Part shown: positions 29,980 to 39,858 of the stretch, piece by piece
Position numbering within the stretch: position 1 is the first letter of the stretch
Layout of the letters: the number at the start of each line of letters is the position of its first letter
Source: Thermoproteota archaeon
GTDB taxonomy: Archaea; Korarchaeota; JAOZGF01; JAOZFZ01
Length of the DNA: 64,000 nucleotides
NCBI GenBank assembly: GCA_027492035.1
Contig: JAOZFT010000032.1
Coordinates: 1 to 64,000 of the forward strand
Reading direction: 5' to 3'
Notes under the pieces: generated by a model
Database searches by the model: none
Told to the model about the DNA's origin: nothing
Seen by the model: only the letters and a program-made list of their open reading frames with translations
Position numbers and translations under genes: made by a program

Positions 29980-31164
29980 TTAATCCCCTCTTTTTAAAAC
30001 GAAAGCTACAACGTTACTTCCGAAACTGAAAAAGTTACAGGAGAAACCTATTTCAGCGTTTTCAACCTGCCTTTCCCCAGCTTCGTTTCTAAGCTGCCAG
30101 ACTAACTCCACTATTTGTGCAGCCCCTGTAGCTCCTACAGGATGGCCTCGTGCTTTCAATCCACCCGAGGGGTTAATTGGTATTTTTCCACCTATTTCTG
30201 TTAACCCTTCTTCTAAGGCCTTATGTCCTTCTCCCTTTTTAAAGAAACCAGCTTCTTCGCTTTCAGCTATTTCAAGTATGGTGAATGCGTCATGCAGCTC
30301 AGCTACATCTACATCTTTAGGTTCAACCTTAGCTATTTCAAATGCTTTCTTAGCTGCTATTCTTAAAGATTTAATTTCTGTCGGATCCTCTCTTTCGTGG
30401 ACAGCTTGAACCTCTGTAGCCTGGCCAAAACCTATTATTTCAACAGGTGTGTCAATGTATTTCTTTGCTTCCTCTAATGGGCATAGAATAACTGAGGCTG
30501 CGCCGTCACTTACGGGGCAGCAATCATAAAGTCTTAGGGGGTCAGCTATAACTGGGTTTTTTATTCCGGATTTTTCAGGGTATAGTATGTCGTCAACAGT
30601 TACTGCTTTATGTATGTGTGCATAAGGGTTTTTTAAAGCATTTTTATGGTTTTTTGCTGCAACCATTGCTAAATGTTTCCTTTCTACACCGTATTTATGC
30701 ATGTAAAGCCTGGTAAACATTCCAGCTAAAGAAGGTAATGTTACTCCTTGTGCATATTCAGCTTCAGGATGAGTCATGGTAGCTATGAAATCAGTGATTT
30801 CATTTCCAGTTGTAACCCTCATTTTTTCACCTGCAGCCACTAATACTTTGTCAAAATAACCTGAAGCCACTGCCAAAAAACCATTTTTTATGGCTGAAGA
30901 ACCTGAAGCAGTTCCGTTCTGTACGGTGTCAACAGCTGCTGGTAAAAGGTTTAAGTTGGCTGTTAAAGCTGTAGCTAAACCTGTTTGGTGATTAAGCAAT
31001 AAACTACCCATGTTTCCCACATAAACAGCATCTATTTGTTTATTGTCTAAGTTTGAGTCATCTAAAGCTTTTAAAGAAGCTTCAGTTAAAAGATCCATCA
31101 AGGTTGCATTTTCGTGTTTACCGAATTTAGTCATGCCGCACCCAATTATTGCCACTTTCCTCAT
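29980..31164 (-). CDS. SCP2-type thiolase-family protein lacking the nucleophilic Cys
   Basis: 'AELHDAFT', 'NPSGGLKARGHPVGATG' and 'DCCPVSDGA' motifs; 'VQNGTASG' replaces 'VENACASG'. Likely ATG start at 31164. Confidence 0.9.
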   Translation of the reverse strand: MRKVAIIGCGMTKFGKHENATLMDLLTEASLKALDDSNLDNKQIDAVYVGNMGSLLLNHQTGLATALTANLNLLPAAVDTVQNGTASGSSAIKNGFLAVASGYFDKVLVAAGEKMRVTTGNEITDFIATMTHPEAEYAQGVTLPSLAGMFTRLYMHKYGVERKHLAMVAAKNHKNALKNPYAHIHKAVTVDDILYPEKSGIKNPVIADPLRLYDCCPVSDGAASVILCPLEEAKKYIDTPVEIIGFGQATEVQAVHEREDPTEIKSLRIAAKKAFEIAKVEPKDVDVAELHDAFTILEIAESEEAGFFKKGEGHKALEEGLTEIGGKIPINPSGGLKARGHPVGATGAAQIVELVWQLRNEAGERQVENAEIGFSCNFFSFGSNVVAFVLKRGD

Positions 31165-31368
31165 TTTCTTTCTTACCTCCCAGGGAAATGGATAAGAATG
31201 GTCACTTACCTTCACTTTTTAAATTTTCCCTTTAATTCCTCCCTGTTTTGTTGGAATAGAAAACTTTTTTAAGTGAAGGGAAGAGAATTTCTTTGTTCAC
31301 TTATTTAACGCTCTGTTGTCACATTTTTTTCAATGAAGGTTTTTGGAGGCTTATAAAGGGTATAAATA

Positions 31369-33054
31369 ATGAATAGGAGCAATTTAGAAAAAATAAGTAA
31401 GGGCAAAAAGGAATGGGAGGAAAAACAATTGAAGAACCTTTTGAAGAAAGCACCTGAAAGAAAGAGTGTTTTCAAAAATTCCTCAGGAATAGAAGTGGGA
31501 AGGGTCTACACCCCCCTTGAGATCCAAGGTTTTGATTACTTAACCAAGTTAGGCTTCCCCGGCAGTTACCCTTACACTAGAGGCCCCTATGCAACAATGT
31601 ATAGAGGCAGGTTATGGACCATGAGGCAATACGCCGGCTTCGGAACAGCTGAAGAAACAAATAAACACTTCAAATACTTGCTGAGTCAGGGTCAGACAGG
31701 TTTAAGTGTAGCTTTCGACTTGCCTACACAGATAGGCTACGACTCTGATCACCCCTTAGCTAGAGGGGAAGTAGGGAGGGTGGGTGTAGCTGTTGATTCA
31801 TTAAAAGACATGGAAATACTATTTCAGGGGATTCCTCTGGACAAAGTAAGCACCTCAATGACAATTAATGCACCCGCCAATGTGTTATTGGCGATGTACT
31901 TAACCCTAGGGGAAATGCAAGGTATAAATAGATCTCTTTTAAGAGGAACTGTTCAGAACGACATATTGAAGGAATACATTGCTAGGGGAACCTACATCTT
32001 TCCTCCAACACCCTCACTGAAAATAGCTGTAGATGTTTTTGAATTTTGTTCGAAAGAAATGCCTAAATGGAACTTCATAAGCGTAAGTGGCTACCATATG
32101 AGAGAAGCTGGGGCTAATGCTGTTCAAGAATTAGCTTTCACTTTAGCTGATGGGTTAGCTTACATAAATGCTGCTTTAGAAAGAGGTTTAAAAATTGATG
32201 ACTTTGCTCCCAGGATCTCCTTCTTTTTCGCTTGCCACAATAACTTCTTCGAAGAAATAGCTAAGTTCAGGGCTGCAAGAAGGTTGTGGGCTGAAATTTT
32301 AAAGGAAAAGTATTCTCCAAAGAAAGAAAGATCCTTACTTATGAGGTTCCACACTCAAACCTCAGGTTGTACATTAACTGCTCAGCAGCCTATGAACAAT
32401 ATAATACGTGTAGCTTATCAAGCTTTGGCTGCTGTGCTTGGGGGTACTCAAAGTTTACACACTAACAGCATGGATGAAGCCCTATGTTTACCCAGTAAAC
32501 AATCAGTTAAGATTGCTTTAAGAACTCAACAAATCCTAGCTTATGAAACAGGCGTCTCTGACACTATAGACCCCTTAGGTGGATCCTATTACCTTGAATG
32601 GTTAACTGATGAATTAGAAGAAAAAGCTAGGAAGTATATTGATGAAATAGAGGAAATGGGGGGAATGGCGAAAGCTATTGAGAAAGGATTTATCCAGAAG
32701 GAAATACTTGAAACAGCTTATCACTACCAGAAAGAAATAGAGAAAGGAGAAACTGTAGTTGTGGGAGTGAATAAATTCAAGGAAGAAAGGGAAGAAATAA
32801 AAATTGAAATTTTCAACGTTTCAAAACTTGAAGAAACAGCTAAAATGCAAATTAAAAAACTTCAAATAGTTAAAAGAGAAAGGAATAAGTCTAAGGTTGA
32901 AGAGGCATTGTGTAAACTAGGTAAAGCGGCTGAAAAGAATGAAAACCTTGTACCTCCAATAATTGAGGCAGTTAAAGCTTATGCCACTTTAGGAGAAATA
33001 TGTGGTGTGTTAAGAAACATTTATGGGGAGTATAGAGCCCCAAATATTCTTTAA
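31369..33054 (+). CDS. Methylmalonyl-CoA mutase large subunit
   Basis: 'MRQYAGF' (Tyr) and '[10 protein letters not shown]' (Arg) are the MCM-type determinants; followed by the epimerase. Confidence 0.9.
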   Translation: MNRSNLEKISKGKKEWEEKQLKNLLKKAPERKSVFKNSSGIEVGRVYTPLEIQGFDYLTKLGFPGSYPYTRGPYATMYRGRLWTMRQYAGFGTAEETNKHFKYLLSQGQTGLSVAFDLPTQIGYDSDHPLARGEVGRVGVAVDSLKDMEILFQGIPLDKVSTSMTINAPANVLLAMYLTLGEMQGINRSLLRGTVQNDILKEYIARGTYIFPPTPSLKIAVDVFEFCSKEMPKWNFISVSGYHMREAGANAVQELAFTLADGLAYINAALERGLKIDDFAPRISFFFACHNNFFEEIAKFRAARRLWAEILKEKYSPKKERSLLMRFHTQTSGCTLTAQQPMNNIIRVAYQALAAVLGGTQSLHTNSMDEALCLPSKQSVKIALRTQQILAYETGVSDTIDPLGGSYYLEWLTDELEEKARKYIDEIEEMGGMAKAIEKGFIQKEILETAYHYQKEIEKGETVVVGVNKFKEEREEIKIEIFNVSKLEETAKMQIKKLQIVKRERNKSKVEEALCKLGKAAEKNENLVPPIIEAVKAYATLGEICGVLRNIYGEYRAPNIL

Positions 33055-33070
33055 AAAAGGGTGAAAGATA

Positions 33071-33469
33071 ATGTTTAAGAAGATAGACCATATTGGAATA
33101 GCTGTCAAAGACCTTGAAGAAACCATGAAAAAATTTAAGGATGTTTACGGTTTAGAACTGCATAAAGTAAGGGAAGTGAAGGATCAAAAAGTGAAAATTG
33201 CAGTTTTTAAAATAGGTGAAACCAAAATAGAACTTCTTGAACCAACCGAAGAAGAAAGTGCAGTTGGAAGATTTATTCGAAAAAGAGGGGAAGGTTTCCA
33301 TCACATAGCTTTTCAAGTTGAAGATTTAGGATCTACATTGGAAAAAATTGAGGGGGCAGGCATAAAAACAGTGACTGATAAGCCGACTTTAGGCTACGAA
33401 AACCACAAAATCATTTTCTTGCATCCAAAAACAACTAACGGCGTATTAATAGAACTTGTGGAAAAGTAA
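33071..33469 (+). CDS. mce: Methylmalonyl-CoA epimerase
   Basis: 'IDHIGIAV', 'IELLEP', 'GEGFHHIAF' and 'FLHPKTTNGVLIEL' motifs. Confidence 0.95.
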   Translation: MFKKIDHIGIAVKDLEETMKKFKDVYGLELHKVREVKDQKVKIAVFKIGETKIELLEPTEEESAVGRFIRKRGEGFHHIAFQVEDLGSTLEKIEGAGIKTVTDKPTLGYENHKIIFLHPKTTNGVLIELVEK

Positions 33470-33609
33470 AAAACTAAGTATTCTTCCTAAATTCTTTTCC
33501 TTACCTTTTAAAGTGGGTTTTTCCTTTAATTCAATATTAAGAAAAACTTTTAAAAAAGAAGATATGAAAACAGGTTATTCATTTAACTAGGAAAAAAAGG
33601 TGATCTGTA

Positions 33610-34884
33610 TTGGCTTCTTCAAGCATTAAGGAAGAGATAGAAAAGGCAAATCAGGAATCTGTTACAAGAATGATGGAGTCAGATCCACTGTGGGTCGATA
33701 TAGGATTTGCTAAGAAAGTAATTCCGGGAATGAAGGATTATAAACTGATACATGCAGGTCCCCCAATTGAATGGGAAAGAATGAGCGGACCCATGAGAGG
33801 GGCAATAATAGGTGCTATACTCTACGAAAAGTGGGCTGAAACACCTAAAGAAGCTGAGGAATTAGCTAAGTCAGGTAAAGTTAGTTTCGAACCTAACCAT
33901 CACTATAACGCAGTAGGTCCCATGAGCGGGGTTATTTCCCCAACTATGCCAGCAATTGTTCTGAAAGATAAAAAGTATGGGAACCAAACCTATTCTCTCC
34001 TTAATGAAGGAATAGGGAAAGTGCTCCGTTACGGCGGCTACGACAAGGAAGTAATAGATAGGTTAAACTGGATAAGAGACGTCTTAGGCCCAGTTTTAGA
34101 AGCTACAATAAAGGAAGTAAAGAAGGAGAAGGAAGGTGTAGCTTTAAAACCAATTATGTCGCAGGCTCTCCACATGGGTGACGAATGCCATAACAGACAT
34201 GTAGCTGCTACTTCTCTCTTCCTGAGGGAAATAATTCCTTACATGATGCAGACAAGGTTAGACAAGAAAGACCTAATTGATGCATACAACTTCATGAACA
34301 AAAATAACTTCACTTTCCTAGGGTTCGCTATGGCTGCAGCTAAGGCAATGACTTTAGCAGCTCACAATATTAAGTACAGTACAATAGTGACTGTCATGAG
34401 TAGGAACGGTACAGACATAGGTATTTGGGTTAGTGGTTTAGGTAATGAATGGTTCACTGCACCAGCTCCTGTACCTAAGGGTGTTTGGTTCCCAGGGTTC
34501 AGTGAGAAAGATGCTAACCCTGATCTAGGAGACAGCGCCATAATGGAAACAGCTGGTATAGGAGGATTTGCTATGGCGGCAGCACCCGCGATTGTAGCCT
34601 GGGTTGGAGGATCTGTTTCCTTCGCTGTTGAAAACACTAAAAAGATGCAAGAAATCTGTTACACCAAACATAAATACTTCACCATACCCTATCTTGAATT
34701 TGAAGGAACCCCTACAGGCGTAGATATAAGAAAGGTTGTGAAGACAGGGATAACTCCAACTATAAACACAGGCATTGCTCACAAGGAAGCAGGAATAGGT
34801 CAAGTGGGGGCAGGAATTGTGAAATTCCCAATGAAGATGTTTAAAGATGCGTTAAAAGCCTTTGCAGAAAAATATGGGTTATAA
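33610..34884 (+). CDS. DUF1116 protein (YlbE/AllG-, YahG-like; oxamate carbamoyltransferase-like subunit)
   Basis: 'HAGPPIEW', 'ALHMGDECHNR', 'NPDLGDSAIME' and 'INTGIAHK' motifs. Confidence 0.9.
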   Translation: MASSSIKEEIEKANQESVTRMMESDPLWVDIGFAKKVIPGMKDYKLIHAGPPIEWERMSGPMRGAIIGAILYEKWAETPKEAEELAKSGKVSFEPNHHYNAVGPMSGVISPTMPAIVLKDKKYGNQTYSLLNEGIGKVLRYGGYDKEVIDRLNWIRDVLGPVLEATIKEVKKEKEGVALKPIMSQALHMGDECHNRHVAATSLFLREIIPYMMQTRLDKKDLIDAYNFMNKNNFTFLGFAMAAAKAMTLAAHNIKYSTIVTVMSRNGTDIGIWVSGLGNEWFTAPAPVPKGVWFPGFSEKDANPDLGDSAIMETAGIGGFAMAAAPAIVAWVGGSVSFAVENTKKMQEICYTKHKYFTIPYLEFEGTPTGVDIRKVVKTGITPTINTGIAHKEAGIGQVGAGIVKFPMKMFKDALKAFAEKYGL

Positions 34885-34935
34885 AACCCATCCCTTATTC
34901 TTTTTTGCCTACAAAAATATGCGAAAGACCGATTT

Positions 34936-35898
34936 TTGATGCATTTAGAAAGTATTGGCGAAATAGCTTTAAATGAAATAACCAAGTCAGAAGGGGAAAG
35001 TAAATTAGGGACAGTGTTGAACGTTTTCAAATCCACAGCCTACATAAAAACAATAAGTAATGAATTAATTATATTAACCACCCTCCCCTTAAAATCCCCT
35101 ATAACCATGAACTTAAACTATAGAGGTAACCTTAAATCTGTTTTAAAACCTTTAGCAAAAATTAAAGTAAGGGACGGTAAACTTCAAACAAATGGTTTCA
35201 CAGCATCTTTAGTTGAAGCCAAAAAATATGTTGTTCAAAAACAATGCCTTAACGCTGATGTATTGTTTTCTATTCTGGAAAAAGATTTCCGAAACATCCT
35301 TTCTCTCTTAAACCTTGAACTTTATAATGCATCAATTACTTGGTTAAAAACTTATCAAGTAGTTACCGAAAAGTTTATGGAGTGTCTTAACGAAACTAAA
35401 AAATTGAAAAATAATTTACAGAACTCAATTTTAAATTTTTTAACTAAAATTATAGGGTTAGGGCCTGGTTTCACCCCTTCAGGGGATGACTTTGCGGCAG
35501 GTTTTCTTTTCATATTCAACACCTTTTCTCCCTTACTCAAACTTAAAAAAATAAAAATAAGCAATAGTATCCTCTTCTCCCACACAAATTGGGTTAGTGG
35601 AAAAATAGTAGATTATATACAGCGAGGTATTGCTGATGAAGTGCTTTACAAGGTTCTTTGCTGCTTAAAGAACCTTCAAAGGAATTCTTTAACAGATTCC
35701 TTCCTAGACCTGATTTCAAGGGGTCATACCACCGGAGTAGATCTTGCGATGGGGTTTCTTGCAGCTATTTCCTTTCTACAAGATACTGCCTATAACTCAA
35801 GTTTAACTTCTAAACTGATCCTTTTCTTGCTTGAAAATACAAAGCAAGTTTTGTTTGTTGGGGGAGATGGGAACCTAAGGAAATTACCTAAGAACTAA
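34936..35898 (+). CDS. DUF2877 protein (YlbF/AllH-like)
   Basis: 'GLGPGFTPSGDDF' and 'GHTTGVD' signature motifs; adjacent to DUF1116. Confidence 0.85.
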   Translation: MMHLESIGEIALNEITKSEGESKLGTVLNVFKSTAYIKTISNELIILTTLPLKSPITMNLNYRGNLKSVLKPLAKIKVRDGKLQTNGFTASLVEAKKYVVQKQCLNADVLFSILEKDFRNILSLLNLELYNASITWLKTYQVVTEKFMECLNETKKLKNNLQNSILNFLTKIIGLGPGFTPSGDDFAAGFLFIFNTFSPLLKLKKIKISNSILFSHTNWVSGKIVDYIQRGIADEVLYKVLCCLKNLQRNSLTDSFLDLISRGHTTGVDLAMGFLAAISFLQDTAYNSSLTSKLILFLLENTKQVLFVGGDGNLRKLPKN

Positions 35899-36074
35899 AA
35901 CATTTATCTTTTTTCAGGGAGGAAAAGTAAACATTTAAAAATGAAGCCTTTCCTGTGAAAGGGTATTACCCATACTCCCCTACAATTCCTTTAATGAATG
36001 TCTCAGGGGGAAAACATGTTAAAGAACTGTTTTTCTTATTCTGAAAAGGGTGAAGTAATGCAGGTGAAATTTAT

Positions 36075-38459
36075 TTGAGGCAGAAATATATAGGTAAAGC
36101 TTTACCTCAGCTTGATTCATTTCATAAAGTTACCGGTATAGCCAAATACACACACGACATCTCCCTTCCCGGTATGCTCCACGTTAAACTCGTAACTAGT
36201 ACGGAGCCACATGCAGAAATAATCAACATTGATGCAAGTGAAGCTTTAAAAATTCCTGGAGTGGTGGCAGTTCTTACAGGGAAAGATTTTCCTTACAGGC
36301 TTGGGATTTATGTAGGAGATAGAGATGTTTTGGCAATTGACAAAGTTAACTGGGTAGGTCATCCTGTAGCCGCTGTAGTTGCCGAAACAATGGAGGCAGC
36401 TGAGAAAGCCATTGACTTGGTTGAAGTAGATTATAAGCCTTTGAAACCTGTCTTCGACCCCTTTGAAGCTTTAAAGGAAGAAGCGCCGATTATCCACCCA
36501 AAACTTGGTGAATATAGACGTGCACCTGCTTTTACGCCGGTTCCAGGAACAAATATAGCTAATAAATTCACTTTAAGGAAGGGAGATGTGGAGAAAGGGT
36601 TTAAAGAAGCAGATGTGGTGGTTGAAAACAGATTTTACATGCCCTTCGTAAGTCACTGTTACATGGAGACACAATCCGTGGTTGCACATTACCACAAAGA
36701 CGGGACAATTGAAATATGGACGAGTGCACAGTCTCCATTCGCTGTAAGGAACCTAATGGGTTTGTCACTAGGTATCCCTATCGGTAAAATAATTATTTAT
36801 CAGCCCTTTGTGGGAGGAGGTTTCGGAGGTAAAGCAGGGTTACATTGGGAACCATTGGCAGCCTTAATTTCTAAAAAGGTAGGTTACAAACCTGTTAAGC
36901 TTAAACTTTCAAGGAAGGAACAGTTTACTTCAGCACCTGTAAGGGAAGGGTTCCATGCAGAAGTTAAAGTAGGGGCTAAAAGAAACGGTAAATTAACAGC
37001 TTTAAAAGCAAAATTCATTCTTGACAGTGGAGCATTCGCAGATTACACAGTAAATGTTTCTAGAGCTGCAGGTTACTCTGTGGGGGAAGTATATGACATT
37101 CCTAATGTGTACTGTGACTCCTTAGCTGTTTACACAAACAAAGTACCTACTACAGCTATGAGAGGTTTTGGTCACCCGGAAAGTGCGTGGGCTGTTGAAA
37201 GATCCATTGAAATGTTAGCTAACGAATTAAAAATGGATCCCCTAAAACTAAGGTTAATGAATGTTGTTAAAGCAGGCATATCAACAACCGTAACAGGTGA
37301 AAGACTTAGGGAAGATGCAGGTAATCCAGTCCAGTGTTTGGAGGCTGTAGCTAAAGCAATTAACTGGGGTAAAACCGAAGAAAAACCCAAGGAACCTTGG
37401 AAATTTATAGGTAAAGGGTTAGCTGTTTTCTCCAAGGGTCCAGCTCAACCTCCTAATGCTGCTTCTGCAGCTATTATAAAAATAAATGAGGATGTAACTG
37501 TCGATTTAATGGTTGGGACTGGAAACTTCGGACAAGGCACCCTAACAAGTCTGGCGCAAATTGTCGCTGATGAATTGGGGGTACCTGTAGAAAAAGTAAG
37601 AATAAGAACTATGCGTAGTACAGACACTGTAGCCTATACTTGGCAAACAGTAGGTAGTAGAGGCCTTTTCACTGATGGAAACGCTGTGCTTGAAGCACTA
37701 AAGGATGCTAAAAAACAAATAAAGGAAGTAGCTTCACAGGTCCTTAGAGTTAAGCCTGCAGATTTGGAAATAAAAGACGGAAAAGTTATGGTAAAGGGCA
37801 GACCCTGGGAAAATGTCCCTTTGAGTGACATAGTCATGGGATATACTTACCCCAATGGCAACTCTATAGGAGGCCCAATAATAGGTAGAGGTAAATACAT
37901 CTCCCCAATAAATACTTATTTAGATCCTGAAACAGGTCAAGGAATACCCACTATCTTCTACACCTTTGGTGCTGCTGCATGCAAAGTTGAAGTTGACGTC
38001 CTTACAGGTAAAGTGAAAGTGCTGGAAGCTGCCCAGGCTTTCGATCTAGGAAAAGCCATAAACCCATTACTTGTCCGTCAACAAGTTGAAGGGGGCTTTA
38101 TAATGGGTCTAAGTGTAGCGTTATTTGAAGAGATACAATTTGATGAAAGAGGGTGGGTTCTTAACCCTAACTTCTCAACTTACTGGGTTGCCAGGGCTGC
38201 AGATATTCCTTCAAAAATAGACACTATACCAGTGGAGAATCCTCAGAAAGATGCACCTTACGGCGCAAGAGGGATAGGGGAAGTAGTAATGTTAGGTGTC
38301 CCCCCTACAATAGCCAACGCTGTACAGAATGCAATAGGGGTAAACATCAATAATTTGCCTTTAACGCCTGAAAACGTTTGGAAAGCTATAAAGAAGCAGA
38401 GGCCTGAATTGGTAGAAGAAATAAAGAAGAAATTGGTTTCATGGAAATGGAAAGTTTAG
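36075..38459 (+). CDS. Xanthine dehydrogenase-family molybdopterin-binding large subunit
   Basis: 'VGGGFGGK', 'AMRGFGHPE', 'GQG', 'TVGSRG' and 'GARGIGE' (catalytic Glu). Lacks the CODH AYRCSFR/AYRGAGR loop. Confidence 0.93.
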   Translation: MRQKYIGKALPQLDSFHKVTGIAKYTHDISLPGMLHVKLVTSTEPHAEIINIDASEALKIPGVVAVLTGKDFPYRLGIYVGDRDVLAIDKVNWVGHPVAAVVAETMEAAEKAIDLVEVDYKPLKPVFDPFEALKEEAPIIHPKLGEYRRAPAFTPVPGTNIANKFTLRKGDVEKGFKEADVVVENRFYMPFVSHCYMETQSVVAHYHKDGTIEIWTSAQSPFAVRNLMGLSLGIPIGKIIIYQPFVGGGFGGKAGLHWEPLAALISKKVGYKPVKLKLSRKEQFTSAPVREGFHAEVKVGAKRNGKLTALKAKFILDSGAFADYTVNVSRAAGYSVGEVYDIPNVYCDSLAVYTNKVPTTAMRGFGHPESAWAVERSIEMLANELKMDPLKLRLMNVVKAGISTTVTGERLREDAGNPVQCLEAVAKAINWGKTEEKPKEPWKFIGKGLAVFSKGPAQPPNAASAAIIKINEDVTVDLMVGTGNFGQGTLTSLAQIVADELGVPVEKVRIRTMRSTDTVAYTWQTVGSRGLFTDGNAVLEALKDAKKQIKEVASQVLRVKPADLEIKDGKVMVKGRPWENVPLSDIVMGYTYPNGNSIGGPIIGRGKYISPINTYLDPETGQGIPTIFYTFGAAACKVEVDVLTGKVKVLEAAQAFDLGKAINPLLVRQQVEGGFIMGLSVALFEEIQFDERGWVLNPNFSTYWVARAADIPSKIDTIPVENPQKDAPYGARGIGEVVMLGVPPTIANAVQNAIGVNINNLPLTPENVWKAIKKQRPELVEEIKKKLVSWKWKV

Positions 38460-38471
38460 AGGTGAAGAAAA

Positions 38472-39353
38472 ATGTCTTTTGGTGCACCCTATATTTCAAT
38501 ACCTGAATTCCAGTATCTTAAACCTAAAACTTTGAAAGAAGCGCTTGAAACACTTTCAAAATATGAAGATGAAGCTAAAGTGTTAGCTGGGGGTGTAGGC
38601 CTTTTAAATCTCATGAAAGAAAGACTAGTGGAGCCTGAATATGTAGTTGATATTAAAGGGATTCCTGAACTTAGGAAGGTAACATATGAAGAGGGGAAAG
38701 GGTTGACTATAGGGGCAACAGTGACTTTAAGTGAACTGGAAAACAATGAAATAGTGGAGAGGAAGTACACAGCCTTACATGAAGCAATAAAGGTTTTAAG
38801 TGACCCAGTTTTAAGAAATAGGTCAACATTGGTTGGAAATGTCTGTGAAGCCTTTGCTTGGATGGATAGTCTATCTCCTCTACTTGTTTTCGACGCTGAA
38901 TTAAAAGCTTTAAGCGTAAACGGTGAAAGAATGATAAAAGCCAAAGATTTTATTATCGGCCTAGCTGAAACAGCCTTGGAACCAAATGAACTGGTTGCAT
39001 CCATTTTTCTGCCAGAACCACCTAAAAACTCGGCAAGTAAATTTATTAAATTCAGGTCCAGAAGCGAATTCAGTGTGATCAACGTGGCTTCTCTCTTGGC
39101 AAACAGGGACAATCCTCCAGAAAGAATCTTGAGATTAGCTTATGGAGGAGCTACGCCTTCTCCCGTTAGGGTATTTGCAGTAGAAAAAGTTTTTAAGCAA
39201 CAGAAACCCTTAAATGAATTACTTAAGGAAGCTTTAGATGTTGTTTTCAAAGAAGTTTCCCCAATGGAAGACATGCATGCTTCTAAGGAATACAGGGAAC
39301 ATTTAATGGAAACTTTAACCATTAAAATTATTAGGGAACTCTGGGGTGAATGA
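38472..39353 (+). CDS. Xanthine dehydrogenase-family FAD subunit (CoxM-like)
   Basis: 'LAGG', 'IGATVTL', 'LRNRSTLVGNV' and 'ASKEYR' motifs. Confidence 0.92.
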   Translation: MSFGAPYISIPEFQYLKPKTLKEALETLSKYEDEAKVLAGGVGLLNLMKERLVEPEYVVDIKGIPELRKVTYEEGKGLTIGATVTLSELENNEIVERKYTALHEAIKVLSDPVLRNRSTLVGNVCEAFAWMDSLSPLLVFDAELKALSVNGERMIKAKDFIIGLAETALEPNELVASIFLPEPPKNSASKFIKFRSRSEFSVINVASLLANRDNPPERILRLAYGGATPSPVRVFAVEKVFKQQKPLNELLKEALDVVFKEVSPMEDMHASKEYREHLMETLTIKIIRELWGE

Positions 39354-39826
39354 AAATGCCAAGAAAAATCACCTTCACCGTGAATGGTGTGAAAAAACAG
39401 GTGGAGGTTAAGGATAATGAGTTGTTGGCTGATGTTTTAAGAGATAAGCTTCAACTTACAGGTGTAAAGCAGGCATGTTGGAGAGGGGAATGTGGACTTT
39501 GCACAGTACTCCTTAACGGTAAACCTGTTAAATCATGCCTTATCTTAGCTGTTGAAGCAAACGGGGCTGAAATAGTTACCAGTGAAGGATTAATGGAGGG
39601 TGACAAACTATCCCATCTACAAAAGTCATTTGTTGAAAACGGAGCTCTTCAATGTGGTTTCTGCACACCAGCTTTCACATTGGTAACTCATTATTTACTG
39701 ACTCAAAAACCTGACGCGTCAGAAGAAGAAATAAGGGAATATATTAGTGGCTTAATTTGTAGGTGTGGAACCTATAATGAAATAGTGAAAGCTGTGAAAC
39801 AGGCTTCTCAATACTACAAAAAATAA
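39350..39826 (+). CDS. Xanthine dehydrogenase-family 2x[2Fe-2S] subunit (CoxS-like)
   Basis: 'CWRGECGLCTV', 'QCGFCTP' and 'CRC' motifs. Confidence 0.95.
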   Translation: MKMPRKITFTVNGVKKQVEVKDNELLADVLRDKLQLTGVKQACWRGECGLCTVLLNGKPVKSCLILAVEANGAEIVTSEGLMEGDKLSHLQKSFVENGALQCGFCTPAFTLVTHYLLTQKPDASEEEIREYISGLICRCGTYNEIVKAVKQASQYYKK

Positions 39827-39858
39827 GGAAATGAATTTCTTTTCCTCTTTTTCTTTCT

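Noticed and set aside
38489-39112. 207-aa minus-strand ORF and similar antisense ORFs (for example 1323-1775, 51137-51574, 62791-63279)
   Set aside because: They fully overlap well-supported genes on the opposite strand, and their composition mirrors the sense codons.
36075-39826. Aerobic CO dehydrogenase (coxLMS with coxG nearby)
   Set aside because: The large subunit lacks the AYRCSFR or AYRGAGR motif, and the gene order is L-M-S.
17786-39826. Selenocysteine or pyrrolysine read-through in the Hdr-like or molybdoenzyme genes
   Set aside because: All these ORFs are full length with natural C-termini; the TGA stops overlap the next start codon, and no convincing SECIS was seen.
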